From positions 9,683 to 73,682 of the forward strand of contig QCNK01000005.1 of the NCBI GenBank assembly GCA_003210135.1: DNA of 64,000 nt. The letters run 5' to 3'. Below are positions 1 to 9,397 of the stretch, piece by piece. Position numbers and translations under genes: made by a program. How positions within the stretch are numbered: position 1 is the first letter of the stretch; each line of letters starts with the position of its first letter. The notes beneath the pieces were generated by a model. It made no database searches and was not told where the DNA came from. It saw nothing but the letters and a program-made list of their open reading frames with translations. The DNA is from Prochlorococcus sp. AG-424-P23 (GTDB lineage: Bacteria; Cyanobacteriota; Cyanobacteriia; PCC-6307; Cyanobiaceae).

Positions 1-732
1 ATAATTTGATTCGAATTTACTGCTTATACCTTCTTTTAAAGATTCAAATTCCTTTTTAATTTGATTCTCATCAGCATTGAATTGATATATCTGAAGTTTT
101 GCATTATTTCCCTCTGACTGTAAATCATCAATGGGGAATTCATCCATTGGGAATTCATCTTCAGGATTTTCAAAATCTTCATAGTCTTCAAAACTATCAG
201 AAGACATATCATCTTGGAAATTATTATTAAAAAAATCTTCTTCTAATGAAGATCTGCAAGAATTAAGATCTTCTCCAGTAATTGGTAAGAATTCGACTAT
301 TTCTGCACCAGATCTTTTTGATGAATCGTATAAAATTTCAGGAAGAAGAACTAGATTCTCCTTATCAGCAACTAAGTCAATTAAATTTTTTATTCGAGTA
401 TCAATAATAATTTTGGCGTCCTCTCTTCTTGTTAATTCTTCATCTACTAAAGGTAGTTCTTGTTTCTCAAGAGTATATTGCGCAGATTTAGATTGCCTAT
501 TTTTCAGAGAATCTATTGATGGAAATAAGAAAAATATTGAAGTTAATGATGCAAAAAATATTCCTGCTGATGGATAAAAATAATCGGATTTAGTAATATT
601 TTTTAAATCACTAAATTTCATAGATTTTATATCTTGGACATTAATGCCTTTTGCTTTTTCTAATAACTCTCCGACATCAATCTTTTCAATCTTTTTGATA
701 AATTGTTGAAAAGTTAAATTTTTATTTTTCAT
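1..732 (-). CDS. PilO-like type IV pilus alignment protein, 3' end runs off the window
   Basis: ATG at 732, frame open to base 1 (MKNKNLTFQQ...YFYPSAGIFFASLTSIFFLFP TM segment...SKFESNY); directly downstream of the PilN-like gene; missing from the supplied ORF track. Confidence 0.6.
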   Translation of the reverse strand, partial: MKNKNLTFQQFIKKIEKIDVGELLEKAKGINVQDIKSMKFSDLKNITKSDYFYPSAGIFFASLTSIFFLFPSIDSLKNRQSKSAQYTLEKQELPLVDEELTRREDAKIIIDTRIKNLIDLVADKENLVLLPEILYDSSKRSGAEIVEFLPITGEDLNSCRSSLEEDFFNNNFQDDMSSDSFEDYEDFENPEDEFPMDEFPIDDLQSEGNNAKLQIYQFNADENQIKKEFESLKEGISSKFESNY

Positions 733-735
733 GAT

Positions 736-1491
736 TTATCTAGTAAGTTTTAAGAGTTCAAAGAAATTGGTTAATTTCTCAATCTTTCCATAATTATCTG
801 ATTCTTTATAAGATTGAATTCTATCTTCTAGAGGTAGATAGACTAAATCACCTGAAATTACAATTGATATAGAATCAATTGGGCGTGAAGAACTACCAAT
901 CATAGAGGGTTCAGAATTATTAACTTGATTTATTATTTGATTGATTTTCATAGATTTATTATCTATCAACTTATTTTCCATTAGAAGAGATATAAGTTTA
1001 TTCGCAGAAAGTAGGTCACTACTAATTGCATCTATTCTGAATCCAGAATTATCAACGATATAGTTATTCAATTGAACATTTTCTGGAATGCTTTTTTGAA
1101 GATAATATCCAAATAAGTAGCTTGGTGAAGGATTTGTAAGTAAAGAAGAGTGATCTTTTAAAAGATTAAATTTTTCTTCTCTATCCTTATTTAAATCATT
1201 AAGTGCATTCACTTTATCTTCGTATTCAAAATGTGCATTCTCAAGCCTTTTAATATTGATTATTGGGATGATAGATATTATTTCCAAAATTCCTACGGCT
1301 GCCAAAATAAAAGATGTAGGTAAATATAATATTTTTTTTGATTTGAGTAATAAAAAAGTTTCTGGATAAGACTTTAAAATATTTAAAAATTGATCAGAAA
1401 TATTATTTTCTGCAGAAAAATCAACAGTCTGTTCTTTATATTCCCAGAGTTTAATATTTTCGTAATTTTTTGCAAAATTATAATCTTTCAT
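736..1491 (-). CDS. PilN-like type IV pilus alignment protein
   Basis: Single TM, coiled coil (DKVNALNDLNKDREEKFNLLK), then PilN-type IPENVQLNNY...FRIDAIS...LMENKLI; lies between PilM- and PilO-like genes. Confidence 0.68.
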   Translation of the reverse strand: MKDYNFAKNYENIKLWEYKEQTVDFSAENNISDQFLNILKSYPETFLLLKSKKILYLPTSFILAAVGILEIISIIPIINIKRLENAHFEYEDKVNALNDLNKDREEKFNLLKDHSSLLTNPSPSYLFGYYLQKSIPENVQLNNYIVDNSGFRIDAISSDLLSANKLISLLMENKLIDNKSMKINQIINQVNNSEPSMIGSSSRPIDSISIVISGDLVYLPLEDRIQSYKESDNYGKIEKLTNFFELLKLTR

Positions 1492-1495
1492 TTAT

Positions 1496-3037
1496 TTAAC
1501 CTGAATAATCTTTTCCCCTGTAAGTTAATGGGGTTTTTTTAGTCTTAGGAACTTTATTTTTCTCCCCCTTCTGTTCGTATTTTTGTCCTCTATAAATTTG
1601 CTCTTTCTTAGCAACTTGTAAATTAGTGACTTGTTTTTTAATTAAAACATCTAATGAATCAGAAAAGGAGCTAAGGATTGATTCATTTTGAGAATTAGAT
1701 TCTTTTTCTTTCTCAAATTTAAATTTATTTCTCGGTACTTTTAAAAATCCCTCAATGATAATATTATTTTTTGAAAGCATTTTATCTAGGCCGTTTCCAC
1801 TCAAGTAAATATTATCATCAAATTTAAAGTTGCTGTCAGAAATAATTGATTTAACTGAACTTTTTAGCCTTGAAAAAAACTGATCATTTAAACTATCTTG
1901 ACCATTAATGTAAAAAGAACTTCCAAATGGAAGCCTTGAAGAGAAAAGCTCGCAGTTTTTTCTAATAACATAAACAGTTGTTATGAAATCTTCAATATCG
2001 CAGAGCACTGAAATCACTTCTTTTGATTTATTGGTTATTTTTTCAATAGTGTGAATTGCAGGGCAAGTTACTGTAGCAATATCACATCCGGTAAGTGAAA
2101 CAACATTTATCCAAGAATCAATAACATCTTTATTGGCATAAATTACTCTATGGTAAGACGTATTTTTATCTCCATTTACTCTCTTATATTGGATCAATGT
2201 TTCATCTGGCAAAAATGGACTTTTTGATAGGATTAGTGGGTCTTCATCAGAAAAGACAACGAGTTCACTGTCGTTAAAAGATCTCGTAGTGAAGAAGGAT
2301 GAACTCAAAAATAGTATGATTGGTGGATAATTTAGTTCAAAAATATTAATAACGTCATTGATAATTCTAGTAACTTCTGCCGCCTTCTCGATTTTATATT
2401 CCCCAATTAGATCTGTAGGCGTATTAATCTGAACAAAATCTTTAATAATATTTAAATTATTTATTTTTTGTAAATGAGTAATTGTTAATTTGTTATTTGC
2501 ATAATAAATGCCTAAAAAGTCAAATGATTTTTGCCCTTTATAGTTAGTTTTTTTTAAATTATCTTTATAAAACGCTTTTACATATTTTGTAATTTTTAAA
2601 CTAGAGTATTTATCCAAAAGTTTTTCAAAATTTTTAAAGTCAATTTTTGAAGAAGTTGTTTTGAAAAAGTTTTTGAATATTTCAGGAGATATTTTATATT
2701 TTTCGAGGGAATTTTTTTTAAATGTTTTTTTATAGAGGTTTTTAATTTTATCTAGAGATTTTCCTTTACCAGTAGCCTTACCTTTTTTGTTAGAAATATT
2801 TTTAGAAAATTCAATTTTGAATTTATTAAGAAAATTATATTTTGTAAAATCAATGTCCGGAAAAAAATTTTGAAATTTATCTAGTTTCTTATCATTTTTT
2901 AATTTCTTATTTTTAAGAGCATTTGTTTTGCTCCAAATACTTTTAACTTTTTGTTTACGTAGGCGTAAATCCTTTAAAAAAGAATTCTTTAATAACAAGT
3001 ATTTGTTTAGAATTTTTATAAAATTACTTTTCATCAT
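1496..3037 (-). CDS. Divergent PilM-like protein with Lys-rich N-terminal extension and C-terminal DUF4278-like tail
   Basis: PilM-like segments RVIYANKDVIDSWINVVSLTGCDI and VLCDIEDFITTVYVIRKNCELFSSRLPFGS; position upstream of pilN/pilO. Confidence 0.62.
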   Translation of the reverse strand: MMKSNFIKILNKYLLLKNSFLKDLRLRKQKVKSIWSKTNALKNKKLKNDKKLDKFQNFFPDIDFTKYNFLNKFKIEFSKNISNKKGKATGKGKSLDKIKNLYKKTFKKNSLEKYKISPEIFKNFFKTTSSKIDFKNFEKLLDKYSSLKITKYVKAFYKDNLKKTNYKGQKSFDFLGIYYANNKLTITHLQKINNLNIIKDFVQINTPTDLIGEYKIEKAAEVTRIINDVINIFELNYPPIILFLSSSFFTTRSFNDSELVVFSDEDPLILSKSPFLPDETLIQYKRVNGDKNTSYHRVIYANKDVIDSWINVVSLTGCDIATVTCPAIHTIEKITNKSKEVISVLCDIEDFITTVYVIRKNCELFSSRLPFGSSFYINGQDSLNDQFFSRLKSSVKSIISDSNFKFDDNIYLSGNGLDKMLSKNNIIIEGFLKVPRNKFKFEKEKESNSQNESILSSFSDSLDVLIKKQVTNLQVAKKEQIYRGQKYEQKGEKNKVPKTKKTPLTYRGKDYSG

Positions 3038-3476
3038 CTTCTAACTTAATTGAATATGTCGTTAAATCATTACTTATTTTTACAGTCAAATTTTTATCGT
3101 TAATATCAATTAGTTTAAATCCTGATTCTATAATTTCACCTACTTGATAAGGATTAGTTCCTGCCGAAGTTTTTAAAAAAGCTACTTTGTCTCCATCGAA
3201 AATAGCTATACCAGTCAAATCTATTTCAGAAAATTGAAATCCTGATTCCCCATCTTTATTATTCTGTCCAAAAGGTAAAAAGGGATTTCTAGTACTTAAA
3301 GATTTTTTTTCTTTAATAGTTACTTTTGTTCTTGGGATTTCCTTCAAAAAAGAACTTTTTGATAACTTTTTTATACTGACCTCGTCTAATTTATTTATTT
3401 CAGTAAAAGTATTACTATTTATTATGTCTGCTTTAATAAAATCAGGGAAAAGGAAAAGAAGAAATATAAATGCCAT
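3024..3476 (-). CDS. Exported PilP/GspC-HR-like protein
   Basis: Signal-like N-terminus, RNPF motif, then LTGIAIFDGDKVAFL...YQVGEII...FKLIDIN beta-sandwich pattern typical of PilP. Confidence 0.45.
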   Translation of the reverse strand: MAFIFLLFLFPDFIKADIINSNTFTEINKLDEVSIKKLSKSSFLKEIPRTKVTIKEKKSLSTRNPFLPFGQNNKDGESGFQFSEIDLTGIAIFDGDKVAFLKTSAGTNPYQVGEIIESGFKLIDINDKNLTVKISNDLTTYSIKLEDDEK

Positions 3477-3644
3477 TTTAAGATAAATTCTAATTCTTGA
3501 GATGAAATTTAAATTTCTAGTATGTCTAATTATATAGTATTAAATGATTTGTAAAAGAGGCAACTTTTTTTTATTTTAACTATATTAGTATTGGATATGC
3601 CTAAGATTTCTATTAGCAAAAATCATTACTTATTTTAAATTAAT

Positions 3645-5408
3645 ATGGATAGCGAAATAAAAGAAAAAGAAATTAGCGAGTATTCTAATAAAGAAATTGA
3701 GTTATTTTTGACATCAGAACATTGTATAGAAGCAGGAGTAGTTTTAATTGCTAATAATGAAAAAAAAGTAAAACTCGGTGCAATGAATCCTATATATCAA
3801 AAAGTTTTAGATATAAAAGATGAATTAATAAATAATTTTAAGGTTGATGTTGAAGTTAGTCAAATAACCACAGAAGAATGGGAGAAATGGAATACTTCTG
3901 AAGATTCTTTTAAAGATTCAAATCAAATTATTGAGACACCAAATTTAACAATACATACAGATAAAAAAGATCAGTCAATTGATAGTAAACCGCCAGAAAT
4001 TTCTAACTCTGATGAAGATAATTTTGCGGATCAAAATACATCAAATGGTTCAACAAAAAAGAATAAATCACTTCTAGAAGAAATGTTGAATAATGAATTT
4101 TCAGAAGAATTAAAAGATAAGCAAGATGACAAATTTGATTTCTTTGATTTTGAAGATGATACGGAGGATGAAGACGAACTAGACATAATTGAAGATTCTG
4201 ATCTAGAAAATAATGACGACCCAGTCATAAAAGCTGCAGGTTCAATATTATCAACTTGCTCAAGATTAAAGGCATCTGATATCCATGCTGAACCTTTAGA
4301 AGAAAGAATGAGAATTAGGTATAGGATTGACGGGGTTCTTAAAGAAGTTTATTCTTTGCCAAAGGCTAAAGCTAAAGCAATAACAAGTAGATTAAAAGTT
4401 ATGAGTAAACTTGATATTGCTGAAAAGAGATTACCCCAGGACGGGAGAATAAGATGTCGAATAAATGATATTATTTCTGATTTTAGAGTTAGTACTTTAC
4501 CTGGGAAATGGGGAGAAAAAATTGTCCTAAGAGCACTACAGTCTGACTCATCGATGCTTGATCTAAATAAATTAATATCATCCAAGAAAGAATTAGGAAT
4601 GGTTAGAGAAATGGGAAATTCACCTTATGGGATATTTATAGTTGTCGGGCCTACAGGTAGTGGGAAATCAACAACTCTATATTCTATTTTAAATGAGAGA
4701 AACACTCCAGATGTAAATATAAGTACTGTTGAAGATCCCGTAGAATATACCCTAGATGGTATTCATCAAGTTCAAGTTATAAGAGAAAAGGGCTTGGATT
4801 TTGCTCGAGCATTAAGATCATTAATGAGACAAGATCCAGATATAATTTTGGTAGGTGAAACTAGAGATAAAGAGACTGCTCAAACTGCTATGGAAGCAGC
4901 ATTGACTGGCCACATGGTTTTTACCACTCTTCATGCAAATGATACTGCAACTGCCATAACTAGATTAAACGAAATGGGCATTCCTCCTTACTTGGTAGGC
5001 TCCTCTGTTGTTGGGGTAATGGCGCAAAGATTAATTAGAAGAGTATGTCCAAAATGTTCTTCGACAAGAGCTGTCGATCCAGAAAAAGACAAATTAGCGC
5101 ATGATCGTAATATTAGAACATTAAAGCAGGCAAATAGCATAGATCTGGCGAACAATGAGAGTAATAATTTATGTCCTGTTTGTAATGGAACTGGTTACAA
5201 AGGCCGTTTAGGGTTATATGAGGTAATGAAAGTTAATGAAAATATTAGGGAACTTATTATGAAATCCAGTACTGCTGATGTGATTAGAGAATCTGCGACT
5301 GAAAATGGTGTGAAAAGTTTATTAGATTATGGGTTAGACTTGGTAAAAGATGGACTAACTACTATCGAAGAAGTTGAAAGAGTTTGTCTTCTTGACGAAT
5401 CAGTATAA
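3645..5408 (+). CDS. pilB: Type IV pilus assembly ATPase PilB (GspE/PulE family)
   Basis: ASDIHAEP, DIAEKRLPQDGR, Walker A GPTGSGKST, Walker B DPDIILVGETRD, CPKC...CPVC zinc motif. Confidence 0.92.
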   Translation: MDSEIKEKEISEYSNKEIELFLTSEHCIEAGVVLIANNEKKVKLGAMNPIYQKVLDIKDELINNFKVDVEVSQITTEEWEKWNTSEDSFKDSNQIIETPNLTIHTDKKDQSIDSKPPEISNSDEDNFADQNTSNGSTKKNKSLLEEMLNNEFSEELKDKQDDKFDFFDFEDDTEDEDELDIIEDSDLENNDDPVIKAAGSILSTCSRLKASDIHAEPLEERMRIRYRIDGVLKEVYSLPKAKAKAITSRLKVMSKLDIAEKRLPQDGRIRCRINDIISDFRVSTLPGKWGEKIVLRALQSDSSMLDLNKLISSKKELGMVREMGNSPYGIFIVVGPTGSGKSTTLYSILNERNTPDVNISTVEDPVEYTLDGIHQVQVIREKGLDFARALRSLMRQDPDIILVGETRDKETAQTAMEAALTGHMVFTTLHANDTATAITRLNEMGIPPYLVGSSVVGVMAQRLIRRVCPKCSSTRAVDPEKDKLAHDRNIRTLKQANSIDLANNESNNLCPVCNGTGYKGRLGLYEVMKVNENIRELIMKSSTADVIRESATENGVKSLLDYGLDLVKDGLTTIEEVERVCLLDESV

Positions 5409-6487
5409 TGACAACACAAAATCTCACTATTACGAATTTAATGTCTGATCTTGTAAAGAGGCAAGGATCAGATCTACATCTTACCGCGGATTCGCTTCCT
5501 TATTTTAGAATTCAAGGATCAATTATTCCTGCAAGCAATGAAATATACAAGGAAGAAATCCTTGTATCAGATTTGAAATCTATTTTGGGTGCAGAAAAGT
5601 TAAAAGTATTTTTTGAAGAGAAAGAATTAGATTGTAGTTATGGACTTGAAGGAGTAGCCAGATTTAGATTAAACATATTTTTTGATAGAGGAAAAATTTC
5701 TTGTGTCATGAGAGCTTTAAATACAGATATTCCAAGTTTTTCTCAAATAGGGCTACCAGATAGTGTTCAACAATTACTCCAAAGGCCACGAGGTTTGATG
5801 TTAGTTACTGGTCCAACAGGATCTGGGAAGACAACGACACTTGCAAGTTCAATAGATTGGATCAATGCAAATAATGCTCATCATATACTCACAATTGAAG
5901 ATCCTATTGAATTTGTCTTTGAAAATAAAAATTGCCTTGTAAGACAAAGAGAAGTTGGAGAGGATACTAGATCATTCTCAAAAGCACTTAGGTCAGCACT
6001 TAGAGAGGATCCCGATATAATTCTTGTTGGAGAGATGAGAGATCTCGAGACAATTAGTTTAGCTATAACTGCTGCTGAAACTGGTCATTTAGTAATGGGT
6101 ACTCTTCATACCTCTTCTGCCTCGCAAACCATTGATAGAATTATTGATGTTTTCCCAACATCTCAGCAACAACAAATAAGAGTTCAACTTTCGGGTTCAT
6201 TAATCGGAGTGATTTCCCAAACACTTTGTAAAACAAAGGACAGCAAGAGAGCTTTAGCCGCAGAAATATTAGTAAATAATAATGCCATAGCAAATTTAGT
6301 TAGGGAGGCGAAGTCTTCACAGGTTTACTCTCAATTGCAGGTTGGAGCAAAATACGGAATGCAGACTTTAGAACAGGCGTTATCAGCACATGTAGCTAAT
6401 GGACTAATAACTAAGGATGAAGCTTTTTATAAATGTAATAGGCCAAATGTTTTGCAAGGCCTTCTGGATTCAGGAGAAATTAACTAA
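5408..6487 (+). CDS. pilT: Type IV pilus retraction ATPase PilT
   Basis: SDLHL, GPTGSGKTT, TIEDPIE, LREDPDIILVGEMRD, TLHT, AIANLVRE (AIRNLIRE-like), GMQTLEQ. Confidence 0.95.
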   Translation: MTTQNLTITNLMSDLVKRQGSDLHLTADSLPYFRIQGSIIPASNEIYKEEILVSDLKSILGAEKLKVFFEEKELDCSYGLEGVARFRLNIFFDRGKISCVMRALNTDIPSFSQIGLPDSVQQLLQRPRGLMLVTGPTGSGKTTTLASSIDWINANNAHHILTIEDPIEFVFENKNCLVRQREVGEDTRSFSKALRSALREDPDIILVGEMRDLETISLAITAAETGHLVMGTLHTSSASQTIDRIIDVFPTSQQQQIRVQLSGSLIGVISQTLCKTKDSKRALAAEILVNNNAIANLVREAKSSQVYSQLQVGAKYGMQTLEQALSAHVANGLITKDEAFYKCNRPNVLQGLLDSGEIN

Positions 6488-6505
6488 TTTTATTAAAACC
6501 AAATT

Positions 6506-7774
6506 ATGGAATATAGTTTCGTAGATGATCCTGTACTAAGAGATAAACTAATAAAAGCAAGAAAAAATGGTAAAAAAGTTATAGAGAAAAAAATTATAGA
6601 CAACGATTTCACTGCTGAAGAAGATGTAAAAGTTTCTAGTAATTTAAAAGGGAAAAAGATATCAAGTCAAAATAAAAAATTTGAAAATTTAAAATCAAAA
6701 AAAAGAAATAAAAAAAAGAAACGTCTGAAACCGCCTTCCACTAAAAGCTTAGCGGTATCTACAAAACAATTATCTTCAATGTTAAGAACAGGATTACCTT
6801 TACTTGAAGCATTAAATATTATATCTGAAAGCAACGAGGACAAAACTTTAAAAAAAGTATTTAAAGAGGCATCTATAGGAATTAGTAGAGGTTCTACATT
6901 GCAGGATAATTTGCAAAAATATCCTGACATTTTTGATGAAATGTACATAGCTCTTGTATCAGCTGGTGAAACAGCTGGTTTACTACCAGAAGTTTTGGAG
7001 AGAGAAGCAAAATTATTAGAAAGTCTCTCAAAAACTAAATCTCAAATAAAAAGTGCCTTAACCTATCCAATTGCTATATTTGTCCTTACTGTCATAGTAA
7101 TTATAGTAATGCTTGTCTTTGTAATTCCAGTATTTGAAGATATGTATTCAAATTCTAGTGCTGCATTACCCACTATAACTCAGTTATTAGTAGACGCTTC
7201 TAATTTAATAAAAAACCCATCTTTTCTTATTAAAGCTGCCCCAGCCATTGTAATTAGCTTTTTTATTATTAAAAAACAAATTAAAACAACAAAATTCATT
7301 AACTGGAAGGATTCGATGTTGCTTAAGCTTCCTATTACAAAAGATTTAGTTACCAAATCTTGTTTAGCTAATTTTTCCAGAACACTTAGTTCTCTTAATT
7401 CGGCGGGAGTGCCAATTATAGAAGCATTAGTGATATCGAAAAAAACTTTAGGCAATAGGGTATTTCAAAGAATAGCGGATAAAATGAATATCGAAATTCA
7501 AGCGGGACAGCCTATTTATAAGGTCCTTGCTCAAGAAGAAGAATTAATTCCAATAATGTTTACATCAATGTTTAGGATTGGAGAAGAGACTGGCGAATTA
7601 AGTGAAATGGTGGATAAGTTGGCAGATTTTTATGAAGATGAAGTTTCTACCTCCGTTAAATCTCTAACATCAGTACTTGAACCATTAATGATAGTTTTTG
7701 TTGCCATAGTGGTAGCTTTTATTTTAATAGCAATGTATCTGCCAATGTTTAATATGATGAGTACCGTTTCCTAA
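6506..7774 (+). CDS. pilC: Type IV pilus platform protein PilC (GspF family)
   Basis: Two T2SSF repeats (QLSSMLRTGLPLLEAL...AGETAG; LSSLNSAGVPIIEAL...IGEETGEL), C-terminal LEPLMIV...YLPMF. Confidence 0.92.
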   Translation: MEYSFVDDPVLRDKLIKARKNGKKVIEKKIIDNDFTAEEDVKVSSNLKGKKISSQNKKFENLKSKKRNKKKKRLKPPSTKSLAVSTKQLSSMLRTGLPLLEALNIISESNEDKTLKKVFKEASIGISRGSTLQDNLQKYPDIFDEMYIALVSAGETAGLLPEVLEREAKLLESLSKTKSQIKSALTYPIAIFVLTVIVIIVMLVFVIPVFEDMYSNSSAALPTITQLLVDASNLIKNPSFLIKAAPAIVISFFIIKKQIKTTKFINWKDSMLLKLPITKDLVTKSCLANFSRTLSSLNSAGVPIIEALVISKKTLGNRVFQRIADKMNIEIQAGQPIYKVLAQEEELIPIMFTSMFRIGEETGELSEMVDKLADFYEDEVSTSVKSLTSVLEPLMIVFVAIVVAFILIAMYLPMFNMMSTVS

Positions 7775-7795
7775 GATATTATTTTTTTTTAAAAA

Positions 7796-8548
7796 ATGAG
7801 TATATCTTTGTGTAAAAAACTTTTAAAAGTTATTTTATTAATTTTATTTCTTAAAGATATTTTCCCATTAAATTTTAGTTTTTATTCTGATGGAGTTAAA
7901 GTCTTATCTTCTCAATCAAAATTTTTTTCAAAGAATAACTCAATAAATTTAAATATTAATAATATAAAAAGTGTTTTGGATATTTTACAAAAATATGATT
8001 TAAAAAACTCTCCCAAAAAGGTAACTAATAAAGATGGAAGTACTACTTATTTTTATAGGAGATCAGAAGATGAACCTGAAAAAAATATCCAACAAATTAA
8101 AAAACTTATTGAAAACCCTCCAAATATGAAAAAATACCAGGATTTTATAAGAAAAGCTTTTTTGGCGCTTACCTCAAACGATATTCGAATTCAAATTATA
8201 GATCCAAATAATGATGATTTATCTGGACAATGGCTTTATAAAAAGAAGAAAATACTCATTAATAAAAACTCTTTGGTTGAGGGTAGTAAATATTTTGCTT
8301 ATCTTTTAAGTCATGAAATGCTTCATGTATCTCAATCATGTAAAGGCGGTGGCTTTGGCTCTTATCCAGTTTTATTAGGCTTAAGGAGAAATGAATCTAG
8401 TAAATTTTATTTAAAGAAACTACAAAAGCCAGTTTATGAAAACTTAAAAAGTAATGAAATTCAATTAGAAATTGAAGCTTACTCAAATGAAAAAAATATC
8501 GACAATACTCTAAAAGCTTTCAAATATTTTTGCCTAAACCAAAAATAA
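7796..8548 (+). CDS. Putative exported HExxH zinc metallopeptidase-like protein
   Basis: N-terminal hydrophobic stretch, LLSHEMLHVSQSC, downstream EIEAY third-ligand candidate. Confidence 0.6.
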   Translation: MSISLCKKLLKVILLILFLKDIFPLNFSFYSDGVKVLSSQSKFFSKNNSINLNINNIKSVLDILQKYDLKNSPKKVTNKDGSTTYFYRRSEDEPEKNIQQIKKLIENPPNMKKYQDFIRKAFLALTSNDIRIQIIDPNNDDLSGQWLYKKKKILINKNSLVEGSKYFAYLLSHEMLHVSQSCKGGGFGSYPVLLGLRRNESSKFYLKKLQKPVYENLKSNEIQLEIEAYSNEKNIDNTLKAFKYFCLNQK

Positions 8549-8561
8549 AATGAGTAATTTT

Positions 8562-8900
8562 TTAATTTAAATTTTTTACGATTGATCTAAAAAATCTTTG
8601 AAGAGCTTTTTCGTCTATTTCTACATTCATAAAGTGAGATATAAGATCCTCCTTGAGCTTTTGTAGCTTATTTTCAATGTTTTCTCCACCTAAAGGGATA
8701 GATCGCAAGATTCCATCAGAACCTCGATATTGGTTATTGGCCTCCCATAATATGATCACGGCTTGCCTTGCAGGAGTCATTTTTTTAATACCCTTTATAG
8801 GATTGTCGGCACAGGCTTTTTTAAAGACCCTCCAAAATGGATATGAGTCAAGATCCCTATCAGCATTATCCAAATGTCTTAAAAAAGTTGCTTCGTCCAT
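8562..8900 (-). CDS. Hypothetical protein (112 aa)
   Basis: ATG ORF with protein-like composition filling the gap; no recognised motif. Confidence 0.55.
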   Translation of the reverse strand: MDEATFLRHLDNADRDLDSYPFWRVFKKACADNPIKGIKKMTPARQAVIILWEANNQYRGSDGILRSIPLGGENIENKLQKLKEDLISHFMNVEIDEKALQRFFRSIVKNLN

Positions 8901-8967
8901 TAACTTAGCTTTAAAGAAAATTTAACACATAATTTATATTCATCCTAATTAAGGAATAATTGAAAAA

Positions 8968-9144
8968 TTAATTAAAAAATAATATCGAAACAATTTCTCC
9001 AAAATTCACATTTTCTTGAAATAAACCAAATAAGTTATTCCCAACTAATGCAGAAATTATCAAAATGAAGGCAACAATTGAAAACAGCGCACTTACATCT
9101 TTAATATCATATGGCGCTTTAAACAAAGGCTTCTGATCTGCCAT
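8968..9144 (-). CDS. Small membrane protein (58 aa)
   Basis: Translated by hand: MADQKPLFKAPYDIKDVSALFSIVAFILIISALVGNNLFGLFQENVNFGEIVSILFFN. Confidence 0.5.
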   Translation of the reverse strand: MADQKPLFKAPYDIKDVSALFSIVAFILIISALVGNNLFGLFQENVNFGEIVSILFFN

Positions 9145-9230
9145 GGCTATGAATAGGTAGATAATAATTAATCATATTACTCTAATGATCAATTTATTAA
9201 GATCATTAGTTACTTTAAAAATTAAAAATA

Positions 9231-9259
9231 AAAAAAGCCACATATAGTGGCCTTTTTTT
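9231..9259. terminator. Intrinsic terminator, probably bidirectional, after the DUF4278 gene
   Basis: A-run, GCCAC-ATATA-GTGGC stem-loop, T-run. Confidence 0.7.
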
Positions 9260-9277
9260 CTTGATTAGATTAATGAA

Positions 9278-9379
9278 CTAGCTTGTATAACTTTTGCCTC
9301 TGTAAGTTAGTTCGTTATGCTGCTTCTTAGCTGCTTCTTTGTTCTGGACGTACTTTTGTCCTCTGTAAATTAGAGTCAT
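9278..9379 (-). CDS. DUF4278 family 33-aa peptide
   Basis: MTLIYRGQKYVQNKEAAKKQHNELTYRGKSYTS; twin YRG motifs; riboswitch immediately upstream. Confidence 0.87.
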   Translation of the reverse strand: MTLIYRGQKYVQNKEAAKKQHNELTYRGKSYTS

Positions 9380-9397
9380 TTTCTAAGCTCCGGTTTC

